Shown: piece by piece, positions 43,985-54,028 of the stretch
Layout of the letters: every line of letters begins with the position of its first letter
Numbering within the stretch: the first letter of the stretch is position 1
Assembly: GCA_025450915.1 (NCBI GenBank)
Contig: JANWLH010000066.1
Span: forward strand, 6,117-70,116
Length of the DNA: 64,000 nucleotides
Reading direction: 5' to 3'
DNA from: Candidatus Limnocylindrales bacterium
Lineage (GTDB): Bacteria; Chloroflexota; Limnocylindria; Limnocylindrales; CSP1-4
Translations under genes and position numbers: made by a program
Notes under the pieces: model-generated
Seen by the model: the letters and a program-made list of their open reading frames with translations, nothing else
Databases searched by the model: none
Told to the model about the DNA's origin: nothing

Positions 43985-46504
43985 CTACCCGCTGCCCGTT
44001 CGGGCTTCGAGATCGAGGTCGGCGGGGCCGCCCACGGCCAGGAGCTGGCGGGTCGCGGGCCGGCCCTGCCGGCCGATTCGGGCGCGGCGCGCGCCGCCGC
44101 GCAGGCCGGCCAGCTCGGCCGCGGCACCGCCGACGCCCTTGACCCGGTACATCGCCGCGTCGGCCCGGGCGATCAGGTCCTGGGCCGTGCGGCCGTCGAT
44201 CGGGAAGGCGGCAACGCCGATCGAGCAGCCGATCGAGACGGGTGCCCGATCCGGGCTCTCGTAGGCGCGATCGGTCATGGCGGTGAGGATCCGCTGGGCG
44301 GCCAGCCAGGCCGCGTCACGATCGGTGTCGGGCAGGATGATCGCGAACTCGTCGCCGCCGTAGCGGGCGGCGATGTCCGAGGCGCGCAGCGTCGTCCGGA
44401 GCTCCTCTGCCACCCACGCGAGGACCCGGTCACCGAAGAGGTGGCCGAACGTGTCGTTGACCAGCTTGAAGCCGTCCAGGTCGATCATCAGGACCGCCAG
44501 CGGCGTCTTCGAGCGCTGCGAGCGGACCACTTCCTCGCCGAGGCGCTCGTGGAGATAGCGGTGGTTGAAGAAGCCGGTGAGCTGATCGCGGTCGGCAAGC
44601 TTGCGGGCGTCTTCGTAGAGGCGGGCGTTCTCGAGCGCCATCGCCGCCTCGTTGGCCATCGTCCGGGCGAGCTCCAGGCGCGTGGCGTCGAAGGTCTTGG
44701 GGCTCCGCGAGATCAGCTCGACCAGCCCGATCGAGGTGCCCTTCGCCACGAGCGGCAGCATCGCCAGCATCCGGTCGCCCGACTGGACGAGGAGGGCCAC
44801 CTCGGCCCGGTCGGCCGTCGGATCGTGCGTGTCGATGACCGAGGTCACCTGCCGTTCGAGGACCCGGCGGGTGTCGGGGTAGTCGTCGAGCTCGAAGTAG
44901 GGCTCGACTCCTTCGAGGTCGGCGGCCGGCCAGTAGCCCCAGGTCAGCAGCCGGTTCGTGCTCCGCTCCCAGTAGCTGATCCCGCAGCGCTCGACGCCCA
45001 TGGCGGTCGCGAGGTGCCGCGCAATCAGGTCGGCGACCTGGCGGGGATCGAGGCTCTCCGAGAGCGCGCTGCTCATGTCGAGCAGGCCGCGGAGCTCGAG
45101 CGCGAGCCGTTCGCTGCGGGTCAGCAGGCGGGCAGATTCGACCGCCGTCGCCGCCTGGTCGGCGAGGATCGAGAGCAGCCGCAGGTTGTCTTCGTCGAAC
45201 TGGTTCAGGCCGAGCTTCGAGAGGGTGATCACGCCGATGACCCGTTCGTCATAGCGCATCGGCACGACGAGCATCGACTCGTCGACCTCGTCGGTGCCCG
45301 GGATCGTCGCTCCGCGCGGATCGTTGTTCGCGTCGTTGATCAGCAGCGGCAGGCCGTGCAGTCCGACCCAGCCGGTAAAGCCCTCGCCGAGGCGCGTCCG
45401 GAGGAGCTCGAAGTCGACCTTCTCGTAGGCCCCGACCACGCCCTCGAAGGCGATCGGCAGGAGCTCGTCGCTCTCCTCGAGCATGTACACCCGGCAGTTG
45501 TGGTAGTCGATGATCTGGCGGATCTCTTCGACGATCGCCCGGCCGACCGAGGCGATCGTGTTCTGGCGGCTCATCCGCGACGACGCTGCCTGGAGGACCG
45601 CCAGCTGGCCAGCACGGACCTGGGCCTCGCCGAAGAGGTCGGCGTTGTGGATGGCGATCGACGCGTGGGTGGCGACTGCCTCGGCGAACTCGATGTCGCC
45701 GGGCGTCCATGTGCGCCGCTCGAAGGAGACCGCGCTCATCACGCCGATCACCCGGTCGTCCTGGAGGAGCGGCACGACGAGCTCCGAGGCAATCGTCACG
45801 ATCGGGTCGTAGCGCTCGTAGCGGCGCCGGCCGCCCTCGGTCTGGCGATCGGCGCGGACGTCGTCGCGGTACCACGGCCGGCGGCCCTGCTCGATCTCCT
45901 GGTACCAGTCCTCGGTCGTCGAGAGGGTCGGCATCTGCCCGGCGACCTCGTCGGTCAGGCCCGCCCAGGCGACGAGCTCGAGCAGGTCGCCACGCCGGAT
46001 CCGGATCGTCGTCGCGTCGGTTGCCACCGCCCTGTTCATCTCGCTGACGATCAGCCGGAAGACCTCGGTCCGATCGAGGCTCGTGGTGAGCCGCTGGGCG
46101 ATCCCGAGGACGGACTCGATCCGATCGTTGAGGGTGGCCTCGCGAGCCGCCCGCGAAGCGTCCCGTGCCGCGACCCGGCCGAATGCGAGGCGCAGGAAGA
46201 TCGCCGAGATCGCCAGGATCACGAGCTCGGCGATCGAGCTCCAGTCGAGGGCCGTCCGTGACGGGGCGACGACAATCGGCGCGAGGCTCAGGACCGCGGT
46301 CGCCAGGCCCACGAGGATCGCCGCGCGACGGCTCAGGAAGATCGCCGCCACGAAGAGCGGCACGGCCGCCAGGCCGGTCCCGAACGGGTCGTGGAAGCCT
46401 GCGAGGAGCCGGATGAGGGCATAGCCGAGGACGGATGCCGCCGCGAGCAGGGCCGGCGGGATCGGGGCACGCAGCAGGGCAACGGGCCGAATTGAGTTCT
46501 GCAT
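43985..46504 (-). CDS. Membrane-anchored multi-GAF GGDEF diguanylate cyclase
   Basis: ORF trimmed to ATG 46504. It has N-terminal TM helices and three GAF-like modules, then DQLTGFFNHRY, RYGGDEFAIIL and ADAAMYRVKG. Confidence 0.88.
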   Translation of the reverse strand: MQNSIRPVALLRAPIPPALLAAASVLGYALIRLLAGFHDPFGTGLAAVPLFVAAIFLSRRAAILVGLATAVLSLAPIVVAPSRTALDWSSIAELVILAISAIFLRLAFGRVAARDASRAAREATLNDRIESVLGIAQRLTTSLDRTEVFRLIVSEMNRAVATDATTIRIRRGDLLELVAWAGLTDEVAGQMPTLSTTEDWYQEIEQGRRPWYRDDVRADRQTEGGRRRYERYDPIVTIASELVVPLLQDDRVIGVMSAVSFERRTWTPGDIEFAEAVATHASIAIHNADLFGEAQVRAGQLAVLQAASSRMSRQNTIASVGRAIVEEIRQIIDYHNCRVYMLEESDELLPIAFEGVVGAYEKVDFELLRTRLGEGFTGWVGLHGLPLLINDANNDPRGATIPGTDEVDESMLVVPMRYDERVIGVITLSKLGLNQFDEDNLRLLSILADQAATAVESARLLTRSERLALELRGLLDMSSALSESLDPRQVADLIARHLATAMGVERCGISYWERSTNRLLTWGYWPAADLEGVEPYFELDDYPDTRRVLERQVTSVIDTHDPTADRAEVALLVQSGDRMLAMLPLVAKGTSIGLVELISRSPKTFDATRLELARTMANEAAMALENARLYEDARKLADRDQLTGFFNHRYLHERLGEEVVRSQRSKTPLAVLMIDLDGFKLVNDTFGHLFGDRVLAWVAEELRTTLRASDIAARYGGDEFAIILPDTDRDAAWLAAQRILTAMTDRAYESPDRAPVSIGCSIGVAAFPIDGRTAQDLIARADAAMYRVKGVGGAAAELAGLRGGARRARIGRQGRPATRQLLAVGGPADLDLEARTGSG

Positions 46505-46590
46505 CGCACCGGATCGTCCCATCCGGACGGACACGGGGGCCCTCTCCGGTGGTACTTCGGGCGATCCCTATTAGTCACCCGGATTCATTG

Positions 46591-46610
46591 CCCCGTCCGC
46601 AGGGACGGGG
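46591..46610 (-). terminator. Stem-loop after glutamate decarboxylase gene
   Basis: CCCCGTCC-GCAG-GGACGGGG is an 8-bp perfect stem starting 11 nt after the stop at 46621. There is no clear U-tract. Confidence 0.4.
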
Positions 46611-46620
46611 CCGGCAAATG

Positions 46621-47949
46621 TCAGTGGCGGAAGGTGGCGACCGGGGCGATATGGGATCCCGGCTGCGATTCGAGCTCGTTCGTGAACCGGACGAGGTCGG
46701 CCAGGAACATCGCGGCAAGGTCGCTCGACATCCCGTTGCGGACAACGACGCGGAGCACAGCCAGGTCCTCGCGGTTGGGCGGCATCGTGTAGGCCGGAAC
46801 CTGCCAGCCGCGCTCGCGCATCCGGCGGGAGACGTCAAACACCGTGAAGTTCGTGATGTCGTCGCGCAGCTTGAAGGCGAAGACGGGCAGCTGATCGCCG
46901 CGGCTCAGGAGCTCGTATGGGCCGATTCGCTCGATCCGTGTCGCCAGGGAGACGGCAACGTCGCGACACGTCTGCTGGACCCGCCGGAAGCCGTCGAACC
47001 CGAGCCGCAGGAACGTGTAGTACTGGGCAACCACCTGGGAGCCGGGCCGCGAGAAGTTCAGGGTGAACGTTCCCATGTCGCCGCCCAGGTAGTTGACGTG
47101 GAAGACGAGGTCCTCGGGCAGCACGGACTGGTCGCGCCAGACCACCCAGCCGACGCCCGGGTAGACGAGCCCGTACTTGTGGCCGGAGGTGCTGATGCTC
47201 GAGACCCGCGGCAGGCGGAAGTCCCAGGCCAGGTCCGGCTCGAGGAACGGCGCGACCATCGCTCCCGAGGCACCGTCCACGTGGATCGGCACGTCGACCC
47301 CGGTCCGGGCCTGGAGGGCGTCCAGGGCGTCGGCAAGCGCGGCGATCGGCTCGTAGCTGCCGTCCATCGTCGAGCCCAGGATGCCGACAACGCCGATCGT
47401 GTTCTCATCGCACAGGGCGGCCGCCTCGGCCGGCCCGATGTGCAGGCGATCGCCTTCGAGGGGCACCAGCCGCGGCTCGACCTCGAAGTAGTTGAAGAAC
47501 TTGTCCCAGACAACCTGGACGTTCGCCCCGGCGACCATGTTCGGCCGATCCGCGGGCAGGCCCGCGGCGCGCCGCCGCTCCTGCCAGCGGCGCTTGAGCG
47601 CCAGGCCGCCGAGCATGCAGGCCTCGGACGAGCCGACCGTCGAGACACCCGGCACGCCGACGCCGGGCGCATGCCAGAGATCGGCAAGCATCCGCACGCA
47701 GCGCGTCTCGAGCTCGGCCGTCTGCGGGTATTCGTCCTTGTCGATCATGTTCTTGTCGAACGTCTCGGCCATCAGCGCCTGGGCCTGCGGCTCCATCCAG
47801 GTCGTCCCGAACGTTGCGACGTTCTGGCGTGAGTTGCCGTCGAGGAGGAGCTCGTCATGAATCAGTTGGTAAGCCGTATCCGGCAGCATCCCCCGGGTCG
47901 GGAAGCGATCGCGGGGAACGGGCTTCTGCTGGCTGTCCTGGGTGAACAT
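46621..47949 (-). CDS. gad: Glutamate decarboxylase (PLP-dependent, group II)
   Basis: Motifs IHDELLLDGNSRQNVATFGTTWMEP, DKDEYPQTAE, and SISTSGHKYGLVYPGVGW with the PLP lysine. Start uncertain: ATG 47949, GTG 47961 or ATG 48081. The far-upstream part of ORF 46621..48216 is Arg-rich and is rejected. Confidence 0.88.
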   Translation of the reverse strand: MFTQDSQQKPVPRDRFPTRGMLPDTAYQLIHDELLLDGNSRQNVATFGTTWMEPQAQALMAETFDKNMIDKDEYPQTAELETRCVRMLADLWHAPGVGVPGVSTVGSSEACMLGGLALKRRWQERRRAAGLPADRPNMVAGANVQVVWDKFFNYFEVEPRLVPLEGDRLHIGPAEAAALCDENTIGVVGILGSTMDGSYEPIAALADALDALQARTGVDVPIHVDGASGAMVAPFLEPDLAWDFRLPRVSSISTSGHKYGLVYPGVGWVVWRDQSVLPEDLVFHVNYLGGDMGTFTLNFSRPGSQVVAQYYTFLRLGFDGFRRVQQTCRDVAVSLATRIERIGPYELLSRGDQLPVFAFKLRDDITNFTVFDVSRRMRERGWQVPAYTMPPNREDLAVLRVVVRNGMSSDLAAMFLADLVRFTNELESQPGSHIAPVATFRH

Positions 47950-48107
47950 CGGGTTGATCACGAGGTCATCGGCCAGGCCGGCCGGGCCGTCGGTTCGAGC
48001 GCATGGGTCCTCCAGGGCCGGTTGCAGGTGAAGCGACAGGATCGATTGGCACGGTACCACCGCGCCCGACGCCGATCCCATCGCCGATCGACGGGCCGTA
48101 CGATGGA

Positions 48108-49655
48108 GTGGTGACCGGGACCCTTCGACGCGAGCCCGAAGACGTCGTCCTCCGGCTCGCCATCTGCAGCGCGGTCCTCGGTGGCGCAACGGCGGTCGCG
48201 GCCGGGCTCCAGGCATGGCTGGGAATCGGCGATGCGTCGGCGATCTACCTGCTGGCCATCGTGCCGATCGCCGGACGCTACGGGACCCTGGCCGGGATCA
48301 GCGCGTCGGTGATCGCGTTCCTCGTCTACGACTTCCTGTTCACCGCGCCACGGTTCACGTTCAACGTCACCAACCCGCAGGAGTGGCTCAGCCTGCTCCT
48401 CTTCCTCGTCGTCGCCGTCGTCATCGGGCGACTGGCCGCGCTCCAGGCGGACCGGGCGAGCGAGGCGGACCGGCGAGCCCGCGAGGCCCAGGCGATGTTC
48501 GGGATCAGCCGGGCCCTGGCCACCTCGCCGACGATCGACGCCGCGGCCTCCGAGATCCTCGAACGCCTCGTCGGCCAGACCGGCCTCGAGCGGATCTGGA
48601 TCGCCTTCGGTCCGACACCGGAAGCCGAACGGCTCGTCGCCGACTCGGGTCCGCCCGGGCCGGGACCAGAGACGGCCGGCGGAATGACTCCGTGGGTCCT
48701 CGTGCGGATGCCCGGCGACGAGCCCGCCGAATGGATCCGGGCCCATGAAGGGTCGGTCGCCGCAGCCTCGACCGCGATCTTCCGGGTCCTGATCGAGGCC
48801 GACGGCGAGACGCTCGGTTCGCTGTGGGGTTCGCGCGCCGAGGCCGACGGCCTGCCCGGCCGGGGTGCCACCCGGAGCCTTTCCCTGGCCGCCGACCAGC
48901 TCGGCCTGGCGCAACGCCGGGAACGGCTCGCCGAGGCAGCCACGTCCGCCGAGATCGCCCGCCGGAGCGACGCCCTCAAGAGTGCCCTGCTCGACTCGGT
49001 CTCCCACGACCTTCGAACGCCCCTGGCGACGATCCGGGCGTTGGCCGGCGGCCTCCTCGACGACGGGGTGCCGCTCAGCCCACAGGCAATCCGGGAGTCG
49101 GCCGCGACGATCGACGAGGAAGCGCTCCGACTGAGCGAGATCGTCCACGGCCTCCTCGACCTGAGCCGGATCGAGGCCGGCGAACTGAAGCCGAAGCTTG
49201 CCCTGCACGAGCTGGCGGAGCTCGTCGAGACCGTCGTCCGGCGCGGGCGGGCCCGCCTCGGCCGGCACCCGCTGGAGGTCGCCGTCCCGGACGACCTGAC
49301 GGTGATGGTCGACGCACTGTTCTTCGACCAGGCCTTGACCAACGTCTACGAGAACGCGATCGCCCACAGCCCGCCCGACGCCCGAATCCGGATCCGGGCA
49401 AGCCGGGTCGAGGCGAAGTCCGGTGTCGAGCTGGTCGTCGAGGACAGCGGCCCGGGGATGACCGGCGAGGCGCTCGAGCAGGTGTTCGACAAGTTCTATC
49501 GCGGCCAGGGCGTCGAGGGCGGATCACGGCATGGGCTGGGTATCGGACTGACGGTTGCCCGCGGCCTGACCGAGGCCATGGGCGCCGGGATCTCTGCCGG
49601 CACGAGCGAGCTCGGGGGGCTGGCCGTGACGTTTCGGCTGGCGGGCCCGTCATGA
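48108..49655 (+). CDS. Sensor histidine kinase resembling the C-terminal half of KdpD (DUF4118 membrane domain, GAF-like, HisKA, HATPase)
   Basis: The membrane region is AIYLLAIVPIAGRYG..FLVYDFLFTAPRFTF. The H-box is SHDLRTPLATIRA and the G-box is DSGPGM. It has no KdpD N-terminal/Usp domain. Start at GTG 48108, by alignment with the paralog at 52457. Confidence 0.88.
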   Translation: MVTGTLRREPEDVVLRLAICSAVLGGATAVAAGLQAWLGIGDASAIYLLAIVPIAGRYGTLAGISASVIAFLVYDFLFTAPRFTFNVTNPQEWLSLLLFLVVAVVIGRLAALQADRASEADRRAREAQAMFGISRALATSPTIDAAASEILERLVGQTGLERIWIAFGPTPEAERLVADSGPPGPGPETAGGMTPWVLVRMPGDEPAEWIRAHEGSVAAASTAIFRVLIEADGETLGSLWGSRAEADGLPGRGATRSLSLAADQLGLAQRRERLAEAATSAEIARRSDALKSALLDSVSHDLRTPLATIRALAGGLLDDGVPLSPQAIRESAATIDEEALRLSEIVHGLLDLSRIEAGELKPKLALHELAELVETVVRRGRARLGRHPLEVAVPDDLTVMVDALFFDQALTNVYENAIAHSPPDARIRIRASRVEAKSGVELVVEDSGPGMTGEALEQVFDKFYRGQGVEGGSRHGLGIGLTVARGLTEAMGAGISAGTSELGGLAVTFRLAGPS

Positions 49656-50365
49656 CCGACGGCGGGGCACTGCTCCTGCTGATCGAGGACGACGTGCCGA
49701 CCCGCCGGGCGCTCGTCGCCAACCTGGTCGGGCACGGCCACCAGGTTGACGAGGCCGGCACGGCGGCCGACGGGCTGCGGGCCTGGGAGGATCGCCGGCC
49801 GGACCTGATCCTGCTCGATCTGGGCCTGCCCGACCGCGACGGGCTGTCGGTCATCCGCCAGGTTCGCCGGGAGGCGTCGACGCCGATCCTCGTCCTCTCG
49901 GCCCGCGGGGATGAACGCGACCGGGTCACGGCCCTCGAGCAGGGCGCCGACGACTACCTGACGAAGCCGTTCGGCCTGGCCGAGCTCCGCGCCCGGATCG
50001 CGGCACTCCTGCGGCGCGCCGCCGGTCCGCTGGCCGACGCCGGCGGCCTGCTCAGCGTCGGGCCGGTCAACCTCGATATTGCCCGCCGCGAAGTCCGCGT
50101 CGGCAACGAGCTTGTCGAGCTCACCCCGCGCGAATACGAGCTCCTCAAGGTGCTCCTCGGGCGGGCCGGCAGCGTCGTCACCCGGGGCCGCCTCCTGCGC
50201 GCCGTATGGGGCGCGGCCTATTCAGAGGAGTCCCACTACCTGCACGTCTACGTCAGCCGGCTGCGGCGCAAGCTCGCCGCCGCCGGTGCGCCCGACCTGA
50301 TCGTGGCCGAGCCGGGCGTCGGCTACCGGGTCCTCCTGCCGGAGGCCGGCGACAGGGCGGATTGA
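49652..50365 (+). CDS. OmpR/PhoB-type response regulator (KdpE-like)
   Basis: ATGA overlap with the kinase stop. It has LLLIEDD, DLILLDLGLPDRDG, DDYLTKPF and the winged helix LTPREYELLKVLL..GYRV. Confidence 0.9.
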   Translation: MTDGGALLLLIEDDVPTRRALVANLVGHGHQVDEAGTAADGLRAWEDRRPDLILLDLGLPDRDGLSVIRQVRREASTPILVLSARGDERDRVTALEQGADDYLTKPFGLAELRARIAALLRRAAGPLADAGGLLSVGPVNLDIARREVRVGNELVELTPREYELLKVLLGRAGSVVTRGRLLRAVWGAAYSEESHYLHVYVSRLRRKLAAAGAPDLIVAEPGVGYRVLLPEAGDRAD

Positions 50366-50443
50366 GGAAATCTTGAGCGCCTGTTGAGGCGCGCGACCTG
50401 GCGCTGGCCGGGTGCCTCTTGGAGACCCGGCTACGGTCGAGCA

Positions 50444-52450
50444 ATGGAGGACGAGGAAGGCGAGCTCTCGGCGCAGGGCGTGGTCCGGCCCGGCAGGCAT
50501 CTCGCCGATCGACGAATGCGGGTCGCCCGCCCACACTCCGCCTACTTCCGCTATGAGGGCCCAGGGACCGTCACGGCGAAGCGCGAGGCGATCGCGCCCG
50601 TGCGCCGCGGCGAGAAGTTCAGCACCAGCCTGCGCCAGCTCGTCTTCGGCCGGATCCTGGCCAGCGACGAGGAAGGCGAGGAGCGCCTCTCGAAGCTCAA
50701 GGCCCTGGCGGTCTTCTCGAGCGACATGCTCTCCTCGGTCGCCTATGCGACCGAGGCTTCGATGTTCACCCTTCTCGGGGCGGGCACTGTCGCATTCGGG
50801 CTGACCGTGCCGATCTCGATCGTCATCGTGGCGATCCTGTGGATCATCGTGATCTCCTACCGCCAGACGATCCGGGCGTACCCGAACGGCGGCGGCAGCT
50901 ACATCGTGGCCAAGGAGAACCTCGGCACCCGGCCGGGCCTCATCGCTGCCGCCGCGCTCCTGACCGACTACGTGCTGACCGTCTCGGTCAGCGTCGCGGC
51001 GGGCATCGCGGCGATCATCTCGGCCTTTCCCGGACCACTCGAATCGTTCCGGATCGAGCTGTGCACCGTGGCCATCCTGGCGGTCATGCTGGTCAACCTC
51101 CGCGGCTTGCGCGAGAGCGGCACCGTCTTCGCCATCCCGACGTACGTCTTCGTCGTCGCCACGCTGGGCCTGATCGCCGTGGGGATCAGCCGGGCCCTGA
51201 TCGGGGACGCGCCGCACGTGACCGGGGTCGTGACGGCCAGCGTGCCCGTCGAGTCGCTCGGCATCCTGCTCGTGATGCGGGCGTTTGCCGATGGATGCAG
51301 CGCCATCACCGGCGTCGAGGCCGTTTCGAACGGCGTCCCGGCATTCAAGCGACCTGAGGCAGCCAACGCCCGACTCACGCTCACGATGATGGGCGCCCTG
51401 GTGGCGATCATGTTCCTGGGCATCTCGATCCTGGCGGGCGTCGTCGGGGCGGTACCGGCGGCGAACCACGAGACCGTGATGTCCCAGATCGCCCGGGCAA
51501 CGTTCGGAACCGGGCCGCTCTACTACGTCCTCCAGCTCGCGACGACCGGGATCCTCATCCTGGCCGCCAACACGAGCTTCGCCGACTTCCCGCGCCTGGC
51601 GTCGATCCTCGCCCGGGACGGGTTCATGCCGAGCGGCTTCGCCTTCCGGGGCGAGCGCCTCGCGTTCAGCACGGGCATCGTTGCCCTGGCCTTCCTGGCA
51701 ATCGCCATCCTGGTCGCCTTCGGCGGGACCGTCGACGCGTTGATCCCGCTCTACGCGATCGGTGTCTTCACCTCGATCACCCTGTCACAGGCCGGCATGG
51801 TCCGCCACTGGCTGCGCGAGCGCGGGCCCCAGTGGCGGCGAAGCGCGGCGATCAACGCGTTCGGGACCGTCGCCACCGCGATCGTCACGATCGTTTTCGC
51901 GATCGCCAAGTTCGCCCTGGGGGCCTGGCTGATCATCCTGATCATCCCGGTGATCGTGGTCGCGATGCTGTTCATCCATGGCCAGTACGAGCGCCGGCGG
52001 CTCGAGGTCCGGGTCCGTCCCGAGGTGATCATTCCCCCGCCGACCCGCCACCAGCGGGTGATCGTGCCGGTGCCCGAGGTCACCCGCGACGTGATCCAGG
52101 CGATCCGCTTCGGCCGGACGATGTCCGAGGACGTCACCGCGGTCCACGTCACCGACGACCTCGAGCGAGGCGAGGAGCTCCGCGAGCGGTTCAACCGGCA
52201 GCTGCCCGGGATCCCCCTGGTCATCGTCGAATCGCCGTACCGCAAGCTGGTCCGGCCACTCGTCCGCTACCTCGAGTTCAGCGCCCGCCAGTCGAAGGAC
52301 GACCTGATCGTGGTCATCCTGCCCGAGTACGTGGCCCGCCATCGCTGGGAGCGCCTCCTGTTCAACGAGAACGCCCGGCGGATCCGCGACGAGCTCCTGG
52401 GCCACCCCAACATCCTCGTTGCGCAAGTGCCGTTCCGGCGCGACCTCTGA
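50444..52450 (+). CDS. APC-superfamily permease with C-terminal cytosolic Usp-like domain (KimA-like putative K+ transporter)
   Basis: LAVFSSDMLSSVAYATEA and YPNGGGSYIVAKENLG, about 12 TM helices, and a ~190-aa C-terminal soluble domain (VIVPVPEVTRD...VVILPEYV). The K+ assignment is inferred from architecture and context only. Confidence 0.8.
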   Translation: MEDEEGELSAQGVVRPGRHLADRRMRVARPHSAYFRYEGPGTVTAKREAIAPVRRGEKFSTSLRQLVFGRILASDEEGEERLSKLKALAVFSSDMLSSVAYATEASMFTLLGAGTVAFGLTVPISIVIVAILWIIVISYRQTIRAYPNGGGSYIVAKENLGTRPGLIAAAALLTDYVLTVSVSVAAGIAAIISAFPGPLESFRIELCTVAILAVMLVNLRGLRESGTVFAIPTYVFVVATLGLIAVGISRALIGDAPHVTGVVTASVPVESLGILLVMRAFADGCSAITGVEAVSNGVPAFKRPEAANARLTLTMMGALVAIMFLGISILAGVVGAVPAANHETVMSQIARATFGTGPLYYVLQLATTGILILAANTSFADFPRLASILARDGFMPSGFAFRGERLAFSTGIVALAFLAIAILVAFGGTVDALIPLYAIGVFTSITLSQAGMVRHWLRERGPQWRRSAAINAFGTVATAIVTIVFAIAKFALGAWLIILIIPVIVVAMLFIHGQYERRRLEVRVRPEVIIPPPTRHQRVIVPVPEVTRDVIQAIRFGRTMSEDVTAVHVTDDLERGEELRERFNRQLPGIPLVIVESPYRKLVRPLVRYLEFSARQSKDDLIVVILPEYVARHRWERLLFNENARRIRDELLGHPNILVAQVPFRRDL

Positions 52451-52456
52451 TCGAGC

Positions 52457-54028
52457 ATGGCCATCACGGGAGAGCCGACGATCCGGCGCTTCGCCACGCG
52501 CCGGACCGGGCTCGTCGTCCTCGGCGAGGCGATTGCACTGGGTCTGGCGACGGGCCTCGTCGCGCTGCTCCAGGGTCCGCTCAAGATCGCCAATCCCTCG
52601 GCTGCCTACCTCCTCGCCGTGGTCGCCCTGGCGGTCGTCTACGGCACGCGGTCGGCGATCGCCGGATCGATCGGGGCCTTCCTGCTCTACGACTACCTGT
52701 TCGTCGACCCGCGCTTCACCCTGACCGTCTCCACGATCGAGGAGTGGTTCAACCTCGTGCTGCTCCTCGTGGTCGGGATCGTCTGCGGCCGGCTGGCCGG
52801 TGCCCAGCGCGACCGGGCTCACGAGGCGGAGACCCGTGAACGGGTGACCCGGGCCTTGTTCGAGATCAGCCGCGAACTCGCAAGCGCCCAGTCGGCGGGC
52901 CCGGCGATGGTTGCCATCTCCGAGCTGCTCCGGGTGGAAACCCGCATGGAGCGCGTCTGGATCGGGATCTCGACGACGGGCAGCCAGGAGCGCGTGGCTG
53001 CCGACAGTGGCCCGCCGCCAAGCGTCGCGCCGCCGGCCGTCCACTACATCCTCCGCCGGATGCCCGGCGATGTTCCGGCCCAATGGGTCAAGGTCCATGC
53101 CCCGACGGGCCCGCTCAACGGTGGCAGGCCAGGCTCGCCCGTGGAGATCACCCTGCGTGTCCCGATCACCTCGAACGGCGCCACGCTCGGATCGATCTGG
53201 ACCCGTCGGACGCGCCAGGCGGGCCTGCCCGAGCGCCCTGAGACACGGGTCCTGGCGGCCGCCGCCGACCAGCTTGGCCGGGCCCTCGAACGTGACCGCC
53301 TGGTCCGCGAGGCGATGAGTGTCGAAGTTGCCCGGCGGAGCGATGCCCTCAAGAGCGCCCTGCTCGACTCCGTGTCGCACGACCTGCGCACCCCGTTGGC
53401 ATCGATCCGGGCGGCCGCCGGCAGCCTGATGGACCCCACGGTGAGCTGGTCTCCCGAGGACGAGCGAGCGACCGCGGCCTCGATCGATCGCGAGGCCGAT
53501 CGCCTGAACCGGCTGGTGTCGAACATCCTCGACCTCAGCCGGATCGAGGCCGGCGGCCTGGTCGCCCATCACTCGGCGTTTCCCCTCGAGGACCTCGTCC
53601 CGGATGTCCTCGAGCGGCTCGAGCCGGTTCTCGGCACCCGGCCGATCGAGGTCGACATCCCGGGCGGCCTGCCGCCGGTGGATATCGACGAGGTCTTCAT
53701 CGACCAGGTCCTCACGAACCTGCTCGAGAACACCGCCCGCTATGCCGGACCGGGCGTCGCCGTGCGCATCTCGGCCCGTGACCTCGGCGCCGGCCGGATC
53801 GGGCTGACGATCGAGGACGCCGGTCAGGGCGTACCGGCCGACGCCTTGCCGCACCTCTTCGAGAAGTTCTACCGGGTGCCCCGGAGCGGCGAGGGCGCGC
53901 GGCGCGGAACCGGCCTGGGCCTCGCGGTGGTCCGCGGATTGGTCGAGACGATGGGCGGCCGGATCAACGCCCGGCCGTCGGCCCTCGGCGGCCTGGCCAT
54001 GGACCTCGAGCTGCGAGCGGCAAGTTGA
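52457..54028 (+). CDS. Second KdpD-C-terminal-like sensor histidine kinase (paralog of 48108..49655)
   Basis: It has the same architecture as the first kinase. Near-identical blocks include ARRSDALKSALLDSVSHDLRTPLASIRA and DLSRIEAGGL. The G-box is DAGQGV. Confidence 0.88.
   Translation: MAITGEPTIRRFATRRTGLVVLGEAIALGLATGLVALLQGPLKIANPSAAYLLAVVALAVVYGTRSAIAGSIGAFLLYDYLFVDPRFTLTVSTIEEWFNLVLLLVVGIVCGRLAGAQRDRAHEAETRERVTRALFEISRELASAQSAGPAMVAISELLRVETRMERVWIGISTTGSQERVAADSGPPPSVAPPAVHYILRRMPGDVPAQWVKVHAPTGPLNGGRPGSPVEITLRVPITSNGATLGSIWTRRTRQAGLPERPETRVLAAAADQLGRALERDRLVREAMSVEVARRSDALKSALLDSVSHDLRTPLASIRAAAGSLMDPTVSWSPEDERATAASIDREADRLNRLVSNILDLSRIEAGGLVAHHSAFPLEDLVPDVLERLEPVLGTRPIEVDIPGGLPPVDIDEVFIDQVLTNLLENTARYAGPGVAVRISARDLGAGRIGLTIEDAGQGVPADALPHLFEKFYRVPRSGEGARRGTGLGLAVVRGLVETMGGRINARPSALGGLAMDLELRAAS

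Noticed and set aside
42707-46504. The two adjacent GAF-GGDEF genes as something unusual.
   Set aside because: Both have intact GG(D/E)EF sites and common sensor architectures. Tandem diguanylate cyclases are ordinary in such genomes.
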